Assembly: GCA_042408215.1 (NCBI GenBank)
Contig: JAYFMW010000007.1
Span: forward strand, 1-64,000
Source: Microcoleus sp.
Lineage (GTDB): Bacteria; Cyanobacteriota; Cyanobacteriia; Cyanobacteriales; Microcoleaceae
Length of the DNA stretch: 64,000 nucleotides
Direction of reading: 5' to 3'
Numbering within the stretch: the stretch's first letter is position 1; the number at the start of each line of letters is the position of its first letter. Made by a program: the position numbers and the translations under genes. The notes below the pieces were generated by a model, which was given only the letters and a program-made list of their open reading frames with translations, was not told the DNA's origin and did not search any database. Below are positions 56,401 to 64,000 of this stretch, in pieces.

Positions 56401-56984
56401 GTTTTGGAACTCGGACTCCAGTGAACTGGTTTGAAGCCACGGTAGATGTAGCCTTTGAGCACCATTTCACCGAATACGCCGATTTGGGCGGCTTCGTATT
56501 CCGGCTTCAGGGTTAAATAGGGGTGTTCCCAGTCGCCCCAAACACCGTAGGTTTTGAAGGAGGCGCGTTGTTGTTCGACGGTTTGTTGGGCGAAGGCGGC
56601 GGCTTTGTGGCGGAGTTCGATCGGGGTAAGATTGAGGCGATCGTCCGATTTCATGTTTTTCAAGACTTGAAGTTCGATCGGCAATCCATGACAATCCCAA
56701 CCGGGAACATAGCGAACTTTTTTGCCGCACAACATTTGGTAGCGGTTGATAAAATCTTTGAGGATTTTGTTGAGGGCGTGGCCAATGTGGAGTTGACCAT
56801 TGGCGTAGGGTGGCCCGTCATGGAGGACGAACAAATCGCCCGGATTATTTTCCGAAAGGCGATCGTAGATTTGTTCGTCAGCCCAAAATTGTTGCAATTC
56901 CGGTTCCCGTTTGACGGCGTTGGCGCGCATTTCAAACTTGGTTTGGGGCAGGTTTACGGTGTCTTTGTAAGATTTTGCTTCCAT
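53451..56984 (-). CDS. ileS: Isoleucine--tRNA ligase with inserted CAAD/CURT1-like membrane domain
   Basis: HIGH, KMSKS, WTTTPWT and C-terminal CDRCW..CERC motifs; two-TM insert. Confidence 0.97.
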   Translation of the reverse strand: MEAKSYKDTVNLPQTKFEMRANAVKREPELQQFWADEQIYDRLSENNPGDLFVLHDGPPYANGQLHIGHALNKILKDFINRYQMLCGKKVRYVPGWDCHGLPIELQVLKNMKSDDRLNLTPIELRHKAAAFAQQTVEQQRASFKTYGVWGDWEHPYLTLKPEYEAAQIGVFGEMVLKGYIYRGFKPVHWSPSSKTALAEAELEYPEGHTSRSIYVGFHVRKLSKSLQSKLKRYMPSLWAAIWTTTPWTIPANLAIAVNPELTYAVVEPPADSHIAQQFMLVALDAVDRLSATFNTELKILATFKGKELEGCTYKHPLFDRESPIVAGGDYITADSGTGLVHTAPGHGQEDFIVGKRCGLPVLTPVDENGNFTAEAGVFAGLNVLGNGNGAVIDALAEANCLIKEESYAHSYPYDWRTKKPTIFRATEQWFASVEGFRDEALKAISNVNWIPAQGENRITAMVSDRSDWCISRQRTWGVPIPVFYDEETNEPLLNAETIAHVQAIIADKGSDAWWELSIAELLPESYRNNGRTYRKGTDTMDVWFDSGSSWAAVAKGRSELNYPADMYLEGSDQHRGWFQSSLLTSVATNGVAPYKTVLTHGFVLDEKGRKMSKSEGNVVDPAAVIKEYGADVLRLWVSSVDYSADVPLGKNILKQQSDVYRKIRNTAKFLLGNLHDFDPAKDAVPYEELPELDRYMLHRMGEVFAEVKDAFDSFQFSRFFQTVQNFCTVDLSNFYLDIAKDRLYISATDAHRRRSCQTVIAIAVENLAKAIAPVLCHMAEDIWQYIPYPTPYKSVFESGWVELDASWHNPELATRWQYLRQVRGEVNKVLEQARIQKTIGSSLEAKVLLYVADVEKREQLQALNPSSEGLVEYVRSQNSLIHLAAEETAKLAQAQQEEQAAKVAKLLTKKTIHVNEETGGEKGDRPSQVIEYSAVEPSGSNWQQMLDKTAQFVADLPSYAGNFLTEYQTVLVTFGLLISVLLTGKVTLAILDTMNQIPLLGGLFEIIGILFTMWFAFRHLLLAANRQEIAAEIGSMTADVFGKTTAIVIPEKQAIVLTNLVEPGIVEIPEIPKAELIAVEPKSETPAKIAVIPHSAAGNGVDELRYLFITSEVELIESNAVMQELPYSFQSPELAIGVVKAEGEKCDRCWNYSTHVGESIEHPLICERCVSAVVGEF

Positions 56985-57453
56985 TATTGTGAAGTGTTTT
57001 CTGTGGTTATTTGTTAGTAGTTAGCGGTTAGTTGGGAGATGATATCCAGTCCGGTTAAATAATCATAATTAGTTTGTAGTGAAGACTTTAGTCCTCTCTC
57101 GGCCTTGAACGGCGGAGCACCAGATATTCCAGTATAAGCGATCGCACGCAAATTAGATCCAACCAAATCCCTAGGCCACTCTCTCCTCTCTTCCTCTGCG
57201 CCCTCTGCGCCCTCTGTGGTTAAAAAATCTTTCATAAATCAAGGTAGCGCTACTCAATCAACCAACTGAACATCGATCTATCCGACGATCCGGCTGGGGT
57301 TCAAACCCCAGCCTCAAAGCTGAAGTCGTCTGAAGACGACTGTAAATTCTCAATTCAATATTCCTCTTTCAGAGGACTTTCGCTATGAGACAGGGAATTC
57401 ATTCCCTGTCGGACTGTCGGACTGTATGTCAGACTGTGGCAAGTGAGAAAAGC

Positions 57454-57864
57454 TCATAGAAACAGTCCGAACCCGCGGCTGACGGCATTTCCCAGGCGAT
57501 CGCACAATGAAGCATCCGGCACTTTATTTCCTTCCTGTTCCCATTTTTCCACGAGTTGGCGGCCCAGGGGCGTGAGGCGAAAACTGTCGGTAATCCCTTG
57601 TCCGTCTACTTCTCGCCGCAGTACGCCGACTTGGATCAGCCACAGCAGGGAGTTTTCGGCTGCGAGTTCGGCTACGGGCGATCGGGTGTAGCCGCGTTCG
57701 ACACCGGAATTTGAGGCGATCGTTGTCAGGAAAACGCTGTTATCGCGGATGGTCTGGAAGAAGTGTAATTGAAATGGGCTGCACCGGATCGCGCGATCGG
57801 CTCTTTTGACGGTGCGGCTGGGATAACTAATAGATTTAAACGCTTCGGATGGGATAAAAGTCAT
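57454..57864 (-). CDS. Conserved cyanobacterial protein (Npun_F0494-like)
   Basis: LLWLIQVGVLRREVDGQGITDSFRLTPLG motif. Confidence 0.75.
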   Translation of the reverse strand: MTFIPSEAFKSISYPSRTVKRADRAIRCSPFQLHFFQTIRDNSVFLTTIASNSGVERGYTRSPVAELAAENSLLWLIQVGVLRREVDGQGITDSFRLTPLGRQLVEKWEQEGNKVPDASLCDRLGNAVSRGFGLFL

Positions 57865-58038
57865 TGAGAGAACTTTTGAATAGGTACTATATTTTTAATT
57901 GTTACATATCATACATATTCGTAGGGGTAGTGCTACCCCTACTCCCCGTGCCTACCCCCGACCGATCGGGGCAACCACGGGGGGTTTGCCCCTACAAGAA
58001 TTACACAATTTATTTAGTTTACTAATTCTACACTTATT

Positions 58039-60774
58039 ATGACAGATACACTGAATAATATCAACAAATTTGTTGAATACGTTCGTACTTTGAAGGGAGA
58101 CGAAAAAGGCGAGGCACAGGTATTTTGCGATCGCCTGTTTCAAGCCTTCGGTCATGCGGGCTACAAGGAAGCGGGAGCCGAACTAGAATTTCGGGTAAAA
58201 GCGAAAGGCAAAACTACGAAATTTGCTGATTTGCTGTGGCGACCTCGGTTGTTGCTGGAGATGAAAAAACGGGGCGAAAAACTGGAAAAACACTATCAAC
58301 AAGCCTTTGAATACTGGCTGGAGCTAGTGCCGCAGCGTCCTAAATATGTGGTTCTTTGCAACTTTGATGAATTTTGGATTTATGACTTCGATCTACAGCT
58401 TCGGGAACCTGTAGATCGAGTTAATCTAGAAGATTTACCCGATCGCTTCACAGCCTTAAACTTTCTTTTCCCCGAAAATCGCCAGCCTTTATTCAATAAC
58501 AACCAAATTGATGTAACGCGAACTGCCGCTGACAAAGTTGCTCTAGTTTTCAATCGCTTGGTGGAGCGAGGAGAAAAAGTAGAAACCGCTCAAAGGTTTA
58601 TCCTTCAGTGTGTAGTAGCATTGTTTGCTGAAGATATCGATTTATTGCCTAGAGGTTTATTCACGGAATTTTTAGATATTTGCAAGACCAATCGAGAGAG
58701 TTCTTATGATTTAATTGGGGGTTTATTTCGGCAAATGGGAAGCGATCGCCCCGCACCTAAAGACAGCCGCTATCGGGATGTATCCTATTTTAATGGCGGT
58801 ATCTTCTCAGTTGTAGAACCCATCGCCCTGACTCGCAGCGAAATCGATCTGTTATTAGAGGCCGCAAAGGAACGGTGGTCAAAGGTAGAACCGGCGATTT
58901 TTGGCGCGTTGTTTGAGTCCAGTATGGGCAAAGAGGAACGTCATGCCTTGGGAGCTCATTACACCAGCGAGGCAGACATTCAAAAAGTAGTTTTGCCTAC
59001 GATTATCCGCCCGTGGCGAGAACGGATTGAAGCTGCGAAGACGCTGAAAGATTTGTTGGGGCTGCGGCAAGAATTACTTGATTTCAAAGTTCTCGATCCA
59101 GCCTGTGGGAGTGGTAATTTTCTCTATGTTGCTTATCGGGAACTGAAGCGGTTAGAGGCACAATTGCTAACCAAGATTCATGAGAATTTCTCTCGTGCTG
59201 CTAATGCGATAGGTACGATGTCGCTGGTGAAGACAAGCCAGTTTTACGGCATTGACATCAAACCCTTTGCCGTGGAATTGGCAAAAGTGACGCTGATGCT
59301 TGCTAAAAAGTTAGCTTTAGATGAAGACAGCCAGTTGCTCAATGTCGTACAGATGAACCTGCCACTGGAACTCGATCAAGCATTACCGCTCGATAATCTC
59401 GATCGCAATATCCGCTGTGATGATGCTCTGTTTTGCGAGTGGGAACAAGTTAATGTAATTATTGGCAATCCTCCCTTTTTGGGTGGTAAGCAGATGCGCT
59501 TGGTTTTGGGTGATGAATATATTGATCGCATCTTTGCTAAATTTCCTGAAGTAAAAGATTCTGTGGATTTTTGCACCTATTGGTTCCGTCTTGCTCATCA
59601 ACATTTAGGAGAAAATTGCCGCGCTGGTTTAGTCGCCACCAATTCCATTTCTCAGGGTAAAAGTCGTAAAGCTGCCCTAGATTACATTACTCAAAATGGC
59701 GGCCATATTTACGATGCCATCTCCACACAACCTTGGTCTGGTGAAGCTAAAGTACATATCAGTATTATCAACTGGCTCAAAACCTCTGACGCTCAAGAAT
59801 TAACCTACCGTATCGATCACAAAGTTGTCTCAAACATTAACTCTTCTCTAAAAGCTGAAGTTGATGTTACCCAAGCAGTGCGGCTGAAGACAAATTTGAA
59901 TCGATGTTTTGCAGGTATAACTCCTGTAGGTACGGGCTTTATTGTGTCATTGGAGCAAGCAGAAGCATGGAATAAAGTGAATCCAAAAAATCGGGAAGTA
60001 ATTCGTCCTTTTCTAGAAGGTAATGACCTCGTAGCCAACCCCTACAGAGGTCTAAAAAATTTGATTATCGACTTTAATGACATGAGCATTGAAGAGGCAA
60101 GTGAATATGTCCAGCCTTTTCAATGGGTTAAAATGAGAGTGAAACCAGAAAGAGATTTGAATCGTAGAAAGGTTTATCAAAAATACTGGTGGCAATTTGG
60201 AGAACGAAGACCCGCAATGCGTCAAGCCATAAAATCAGTTTCTCAATACTTTGCAGTTACTCAGACCTCGAAATGGGCAATTTTTCTTCCTTGTCCTATT
60301 GAATGGCTACCTAATGCTAGAACGCGAGTTGTTACCTGCGACGACTTTTATATTTTGGGAATACTCACATCTAGCACTCATCAGATTTGGATGCACGCAC
60401 AAAAATCTACACTAGAGGATCGAATTAGCTACACTCACAACACCTGTTTTGAAACCTTCCCATTTCCCCAAAATTGCCCAGAAAAAACCAAAACAGAAAT
60501 TCGAGTAGCAATGCAATCTCTCCATGACTACCGCACCGAGTATATGGAGCGCAAACAGTGCGGCATTACCCAACTATACAACCAATTTTTTGATGAACCC
60601 GCCAGCCAACTTGCCAAACTCCACGCCCAATTAGACCAACTCGTTTGCAAAGCCTACGGTATCAAAGCCAACCAAGACCCCTTAAAGTTTCTATTAGAAT
60701 TAAACTCTGAAGTTGCACAGCGAGAAAGTGAGGGCTTACCTGTTGTCGCTCCCTGTTTGCCACCTGTTGTATAA
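58039..60774 (+). CDS. MmeI-like type IIG/IIL fused restriction-modification enzyme
   Basis: FAD..LLEMK nuclease motif, GAHYT, LDPACGSGNF, NPPF and FETFPFP. Confidence 0.9.
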   Translation: MTDTLNNINKFVEYVRTLKGDEKGEAQVFCDRLFQAFGHAGYKEAGAELEFRVKAKGKTTKFADLLWRPRLLLEMKKRGEKLEKHYQQAFEYWLELVPQRPKYVVLCNFDEFWIYDFDLQLREPVDRVNLEDLPDRFTALNFLFPENRQPLFNNNQIDVTRTAADKVALVFNRLVERGEKVETAQRFILQCVVALFAEDIDLLPRGLFTEFLDICKTNRESSYDLIGGLFRQMGSDRPAPKDSRYRDVSYFNGGIFSVVEPIALTRSEIDLLLEAAKERWSKVEPAIFGALFESSMGKEERHALGAHYTSEADIQKVVLPTIIRPWRERIEAAKTLKDLLGLRQELLDFKVLDPACGSGNFLYVAYRELKRLEAQLLTKIHENFSRAANAIGTMSLVKTSQFYGIDIKPFAVELAKVTLMLAKKLALDEDSQLLNVVQMNLPLELDQALPLDNLDRNIRCDDALFCEWEQVNVIIGNPPFLGGKQMRLVLGDEYIDRIFAKFPEVKDSVDFCTYWFRLAHQHLGENCRAGLVATNSISQGKSRKAALDYITQNGGHIYDAISTQPWSGEAKVHISIINWLKTSDAQELTYRIDHKVVSNINSSLKAEVDVTQAVRLKTNLNRCFAGITPVGTGFIVSLEQAEAWNKVNPKNREVIRPFLEGNDLVANPYRGLKNLIIDFNDMSIEEASEYVQPFQWVKMRVKPERDLNRRKVYQKYWWQFGERRPAMRQAIKSVSQYFAVTQTSKWAIFLPCPIEWLPNARTRVVTCDDFYILGILTSSTHQIWMHAQKSTLEDRISYTHNTCFETFPFPQNCPEKTKTEIRVAMQSLHDYRTEYMERKQCGITQLYNQFFDEPASQLAKLHAQLDQLVCKAYGIKANQDPLKFLLELNSEVAQRESEGLPVVAPCLPPVV

Positions 60775-60804
60775 AAATGCCAGCAAGGTCGGACAAGGCA
60801 ATGT

Positions 60805-61473
60805 CCATTGGTGTCAACTTAAGCCTGAAACCCTTGATAAATATCGTTTTTATGCTAAGTCTAGATCCCCCTAAATCCCCCTTAATAAGGGGGACTTTGA
60901 AAGGACTCCTGTCCCCCCCTTCTTAAGGGGGGCTAGGGGGGATCTAGATTTAATCGTCAAACAGCATTCTGTCTCTTGTCCCCCCCTTCTTAAGGGGGGC
61001 TAGGGGGGATCTAGATTTAATCGTCAAACAGCATTCTGTCTCTTGTCCCCCCCTTAGTAAGGGGGGCTAGGGGGGATCTGGATTTAATCGTCAAACAGCA
61101 TTCTGTCTCTTGTCCCCCCCTTAGTAAGGGGGGCTAGGGGGGATCTGGATTTAATCGTCAAACAGCATTCTGTCTCTTGTCCCCCCCTTAGTAAGGGGGG
61201 CTAGGGGGGATCTGGATTTAATCGTCAAACAGCATTCTGTCTCTTGTCCCCCCCTTAGTAAGGGGGGCTAGGGGGGATCTGGATTTAATCGTCAAACAGC
61301 ATTCTGTCTCTTGTCCCCCCCTTAGTAAGGGGGGCTAGGGGGGATCTGGATTTAATCGTCAAACAGCATTCTGTCTCTTGTCCCCCCCTTCTTAAGGGGG
61401 GCTAGGGGGGATCTAGATTTAATAGTCAAACAGCCATCTCTGACTGGGCTTGAGCTTAAGTTGACACCTATGG
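60805..61473. mobile_element. MITE-like element with 20-bp TIRs containing an 8 x 67-bp tandem array
   Basis: CCATTGGTGTCAACTTAAGC / GCTTAAGTTGACACCTATGG (19/20); units start at 60911 and recur every 67 bp to 61380. Confidence 0.85.
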
Positions 61474-61529
61474 GCACTGCCATTTCCTGATTTATCGTAA
61501 TATTAATTGTGATGCCACCGGATTTGATA

Positions 61530-61751
61530 TCAGACTAAAGTCAGAAATTCGTGTAACTCATTAATAGAAAGAGGGTTGAGATAAACATTAGACTCTGATT
61601 CATAGACTTCGGAAAAAGAATCAATAGCTTGTTTGAGTTTATCAATAGATTGTTCGGGAGTATTGCCTTGTCCCACCAATCCATTTTCTAAACACAAAGA
61701 AACCCAATAATCAGCACTTTTTCTGATAATCACAGTGTAGAAATCAATCAT
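61530..61751 (-). CDS. HicB-family antitoxin-like protein
   Basis: YTVII...WVSLC.E.GLVGQGNTPEQSI..L..AI pattern. Confidence 0.7.
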   Translation of the reverse strand: MIDFYTVIIRKSADYWVSLCLENGLVGQGNTPEQSIDKLKQAIDSFSEVYESESNVYLNPLSINELHEFLTLV

Positions 61752-61825
61752 ATTTTACTTGGTAAATTAATTTTGATGTAATCACCAAATTTGGACAACA
61801 CGCCCATAATCTAACACGCGATCGC

Positions 61826-62494
61826 CCGCAAGTCAAGCGTTTAATCATCCTTGATGATGTCCAAGAATTATTTATTAAGGGAGAATTGGCAGGAGAGTTC
61901 AAAACGGAATATAAAAATCACCAAAATTTATTGACAACGATCGCAAATATAGAACATCAAAGCAGCTTCATTTTAATAAGTCAGGAACAATGTCAAGAAA
62001 TGATTAGCCTGGATGAGGAGTTATATCCTATTAAGTGCTTAGATTTACAAGGATTAGACAATACAGAAATCTTCAAAAAATGGGGACTAAAAGATGATGA
62101 CTCCTGGGCGGAGTTGAGCGATATGTACGGAGGAAATTTCGTTGATCTAAAAGATATTGCAAGTTTAATTAAAAGTATATTTGGGGGAAAAGTTGCTGAT
62201 TTTTTAAAAGAAGATAGTTTAGTGGTCACTAAGGATATAAAATCTCGGTTGACTGAATTATTCAAACGGCTATCACCCACAGAACAAGAGATTCTTTTAC
62301 AATTAAGTAAATTTGACTTACCTGTGTCAAGGGAAGATTTAAGACAAAGTTTATCTCTGTCATCAATGGACTTAATGAATGGGTTGCGATCGTTGGGTCA
62401 ACGTTATTTACTCCAAAGAATAGAAGGAGAGAAAGTATTGTTTGATTTATCTCTTGTTGTTCGAGAATATGTGAGAACTTGTTGTCAAGATTAA
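61826..62494 (+). pseudogene. C-terminal fragment of an NB-ARC/NACHT-type ATPase
   Basis: Starts at a Walker B-like LIILDDVQ; RLSPTEQEIL motif; no Walker A upstream. Confidence 0.7.
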
Positions 62495-62510
62495 TTGCGA
62501 TCGCCTATTT

Positions 62511-62843
62511 TTACAAATACTCCAAATGATTGTTCATTTCTTCAGCATTCAGTACCTCCCAAATTAATACTAATCCTTGCAAAATTTCCCCAATTGATTT
62601 ACTGGTTTGCGGACAGTAAACAATACCCGCATGAGACAAACCTGAATGATGCAGTCTTAAAAAATCCGTATCTTGGGTAAAAATTACCCGCTCTTGAGAC
62701 AGGGAAAATGCTAATTGTTGTTCGTCGGATTGCCCGATCATTCCTTGTTCTGGAGTTGTGGTGACATCAATTCCACGTCTTCGCAATCCATTCCCTATGG
62801 CAAGAGTTATATTTTCGTCGAGATGAAATTTTATCTTAGCCAT
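62511..62843 (-). CDS. DUF5615 PIN-like toxin
   Basis: FHLDEN, RVIFTQDTDF and HAGIV motifs. Confidence 0.88.
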   Translation of the reverse strand: MAKIKFHLDENITLAIGNGLRRRGIDVTTTPEQGMIGQSDEQQLAFSLSQERVIFTQDTDFLRLHHSGLSHAGIVYCPQTSKSIGEILQGLVLIWEVLNAEEMNNHLEYL

Positions 62844-63153
62844 GTTGACGATTTTTTAATTTTTGTTGCAATAGCGATGGGGTTTGAGCTTTCAATTGGC
62901 GGGCAAATTCTGCATCTGCTTCGATTGCAGATCGAATTTCATCTCGACGATCGTGATAATAAGCTAAAGCTGCATAGATATCAGATAAAGTAATACTCGG
63001 ATAGTGATACAGAATTTCGTCTGGTGACATTCCCATTTGTTCGTGCCAAACAACTATATCCTGAACTCGGATGCGGTGTCCGGCGATACGGGGTTTTCCC
63101 CCACAGATTCCTGGGGTGATTTCGATATGTTCTTTAATGACGGCGATCGACAT
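62836..63153 (-). CDS. DUF433 antitoxin
   Basis: ITPGICGGKPRIAGHRIRV..IYAALAYY; overlaps the PIN gene. Confidence 0.9.
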   Translation of the reverse strand: MSIAVIKEHIEITPGICGGKPRIAGHRIRVQDIVVWHEQMGMSPDEILYHYPSITLSDIYAALAYYHDRRDEIRSAIEADAEFARQLKAQTPSLLQQKLKNRQHG

Positions 63154-63431
63154 GGTAGGGAATTAATATAGGATGTCTCTTCTATTTTAGGACAGGTTAG
63201 ACGAGTTTGGCTGTAAAAGCGATTTTAGGCGATTAATTGTATTAACCCGCGAAGGCGGGTTTTGTTTGTGTAGACGCGATTTCCAATCGCCCGGTCTCTT
63301 TCCATCAGTCCGCGTAGGCGGACTTCGTATGTGTAGACGCGATTTCAATCGCCGATTTCAATCGCCTATTTCAATTGCCGAAGCCCAAAATGAATTACAA
63401 TACAATTATAAATCCCAAGAAACACAAAACT

Positions 63432-63866
63432 ATGCCATTAGCAGTTGGAACCGACGCCCCTCAGTTTACCGCCAAAGACACCAACGGCAACACCGTCTCC
63501 CTGTCCGATTTTCCCGGTAAAACCGTCATCTTGTATTTCTACCCCAAAGATGACACCCCCGGCTGCACCAGACAAGCTCAAAGCTTCAAAGCAGCTCATG
63601 AAGAATACAAGGGCAAAGACATTGTAGTTCTCGGTGTCAGCCGCGATGACGAAGAATCGCACCAAAAGTTTACAGAGAAATACGGTTTGCCTTTCCAGCT
63701 ATTAGCAGATGTCGATGGCGCAATTACCCAAGCCTACGATGTCGATGGAGGCGGTTATGCTAAGCGCGTTACTTATGTCATCGACGGTAACGGCAAAATT
63801 AGTCATGTTGATGACAAGGTGACTACTGCCTCTCACGCTCAAGATCTTCTCGTCACCATAGTTTAG
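63432..63866 (+). CDS. Peroxiredoxin (BCP/PrxQ family)
   Basis: LYFYPKDDTPGCT and KRVTYVID motifs. Confidence 0.92.
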   Translation: MPLAVGTDAPQFTAKDTNGNTVSLSDFPGKTVILYFYPKDDTPGCTRQAQSFKAAHEEYKGKDIVVLGVSRDDEESHQKFTEKYGLPFQLLADVDGAITQAYDVDGGGYAKRVTYVIDGNGKISHVDDKVTTASHAQDLLVTIV

Positions 63867-64000
63867 CGCCTGTTTTTCAACCCGGAGATCCCCCCTAACC
63901 CCCCTTAAGAAGGGGGGGACAAGAGTATTCTTTCGTCAACCCTACTCACACCCTACTCCCTTTTTAAGGGGGATGCGAGGGGGATCTCCGGGTTTGATTG

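Noticed and set aside
60911..61440. Possible CRISPR array (about 67-bp period)
   Set aside because: The intervening sequences are essentially identical, so there are no unique spacers, and there are no cas genes; it is a tandem repeat.

Overview
Chromosomal window from a filamentous cyanobacterium (Oscillatoriales/Microcoleus-like). This is inferred from abundant HIP1 GCGATCGC sites, heptamer STRR tracts, psbK and an IleRS carrying a CAAD-like insert. Positions 1-34 kb hold three giant minus-strand DUF4347/Ig-repeat surface proteins with different head domains (lectin-like, delta-60 propeller, FG-GAP), plus a divergent TPR-OGT-DUF4915 fusion. The rest is mostly housekeeping genes (avtA, sat, mntP, psbK, tgt, cobS, ileS), an MmeI-like R-M gene, toxin-antitoxin genes and many small palindromic mobile repeats. 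Most striking: two of the three DUF4347 genes have an in-frame TAA at the centre of a perfect palindrome near their 5' end, and inverting the 1-2 nt centre would reopen the frame. The intact paralogue keeps the imperfect palindrome, which fits template-switch mutagenesis and possibly a recombinase-free ON/OFF switch. A sequencing or assembly artefact cannot be excluded without reads. Domain calls come from motif recognition, not database searches.
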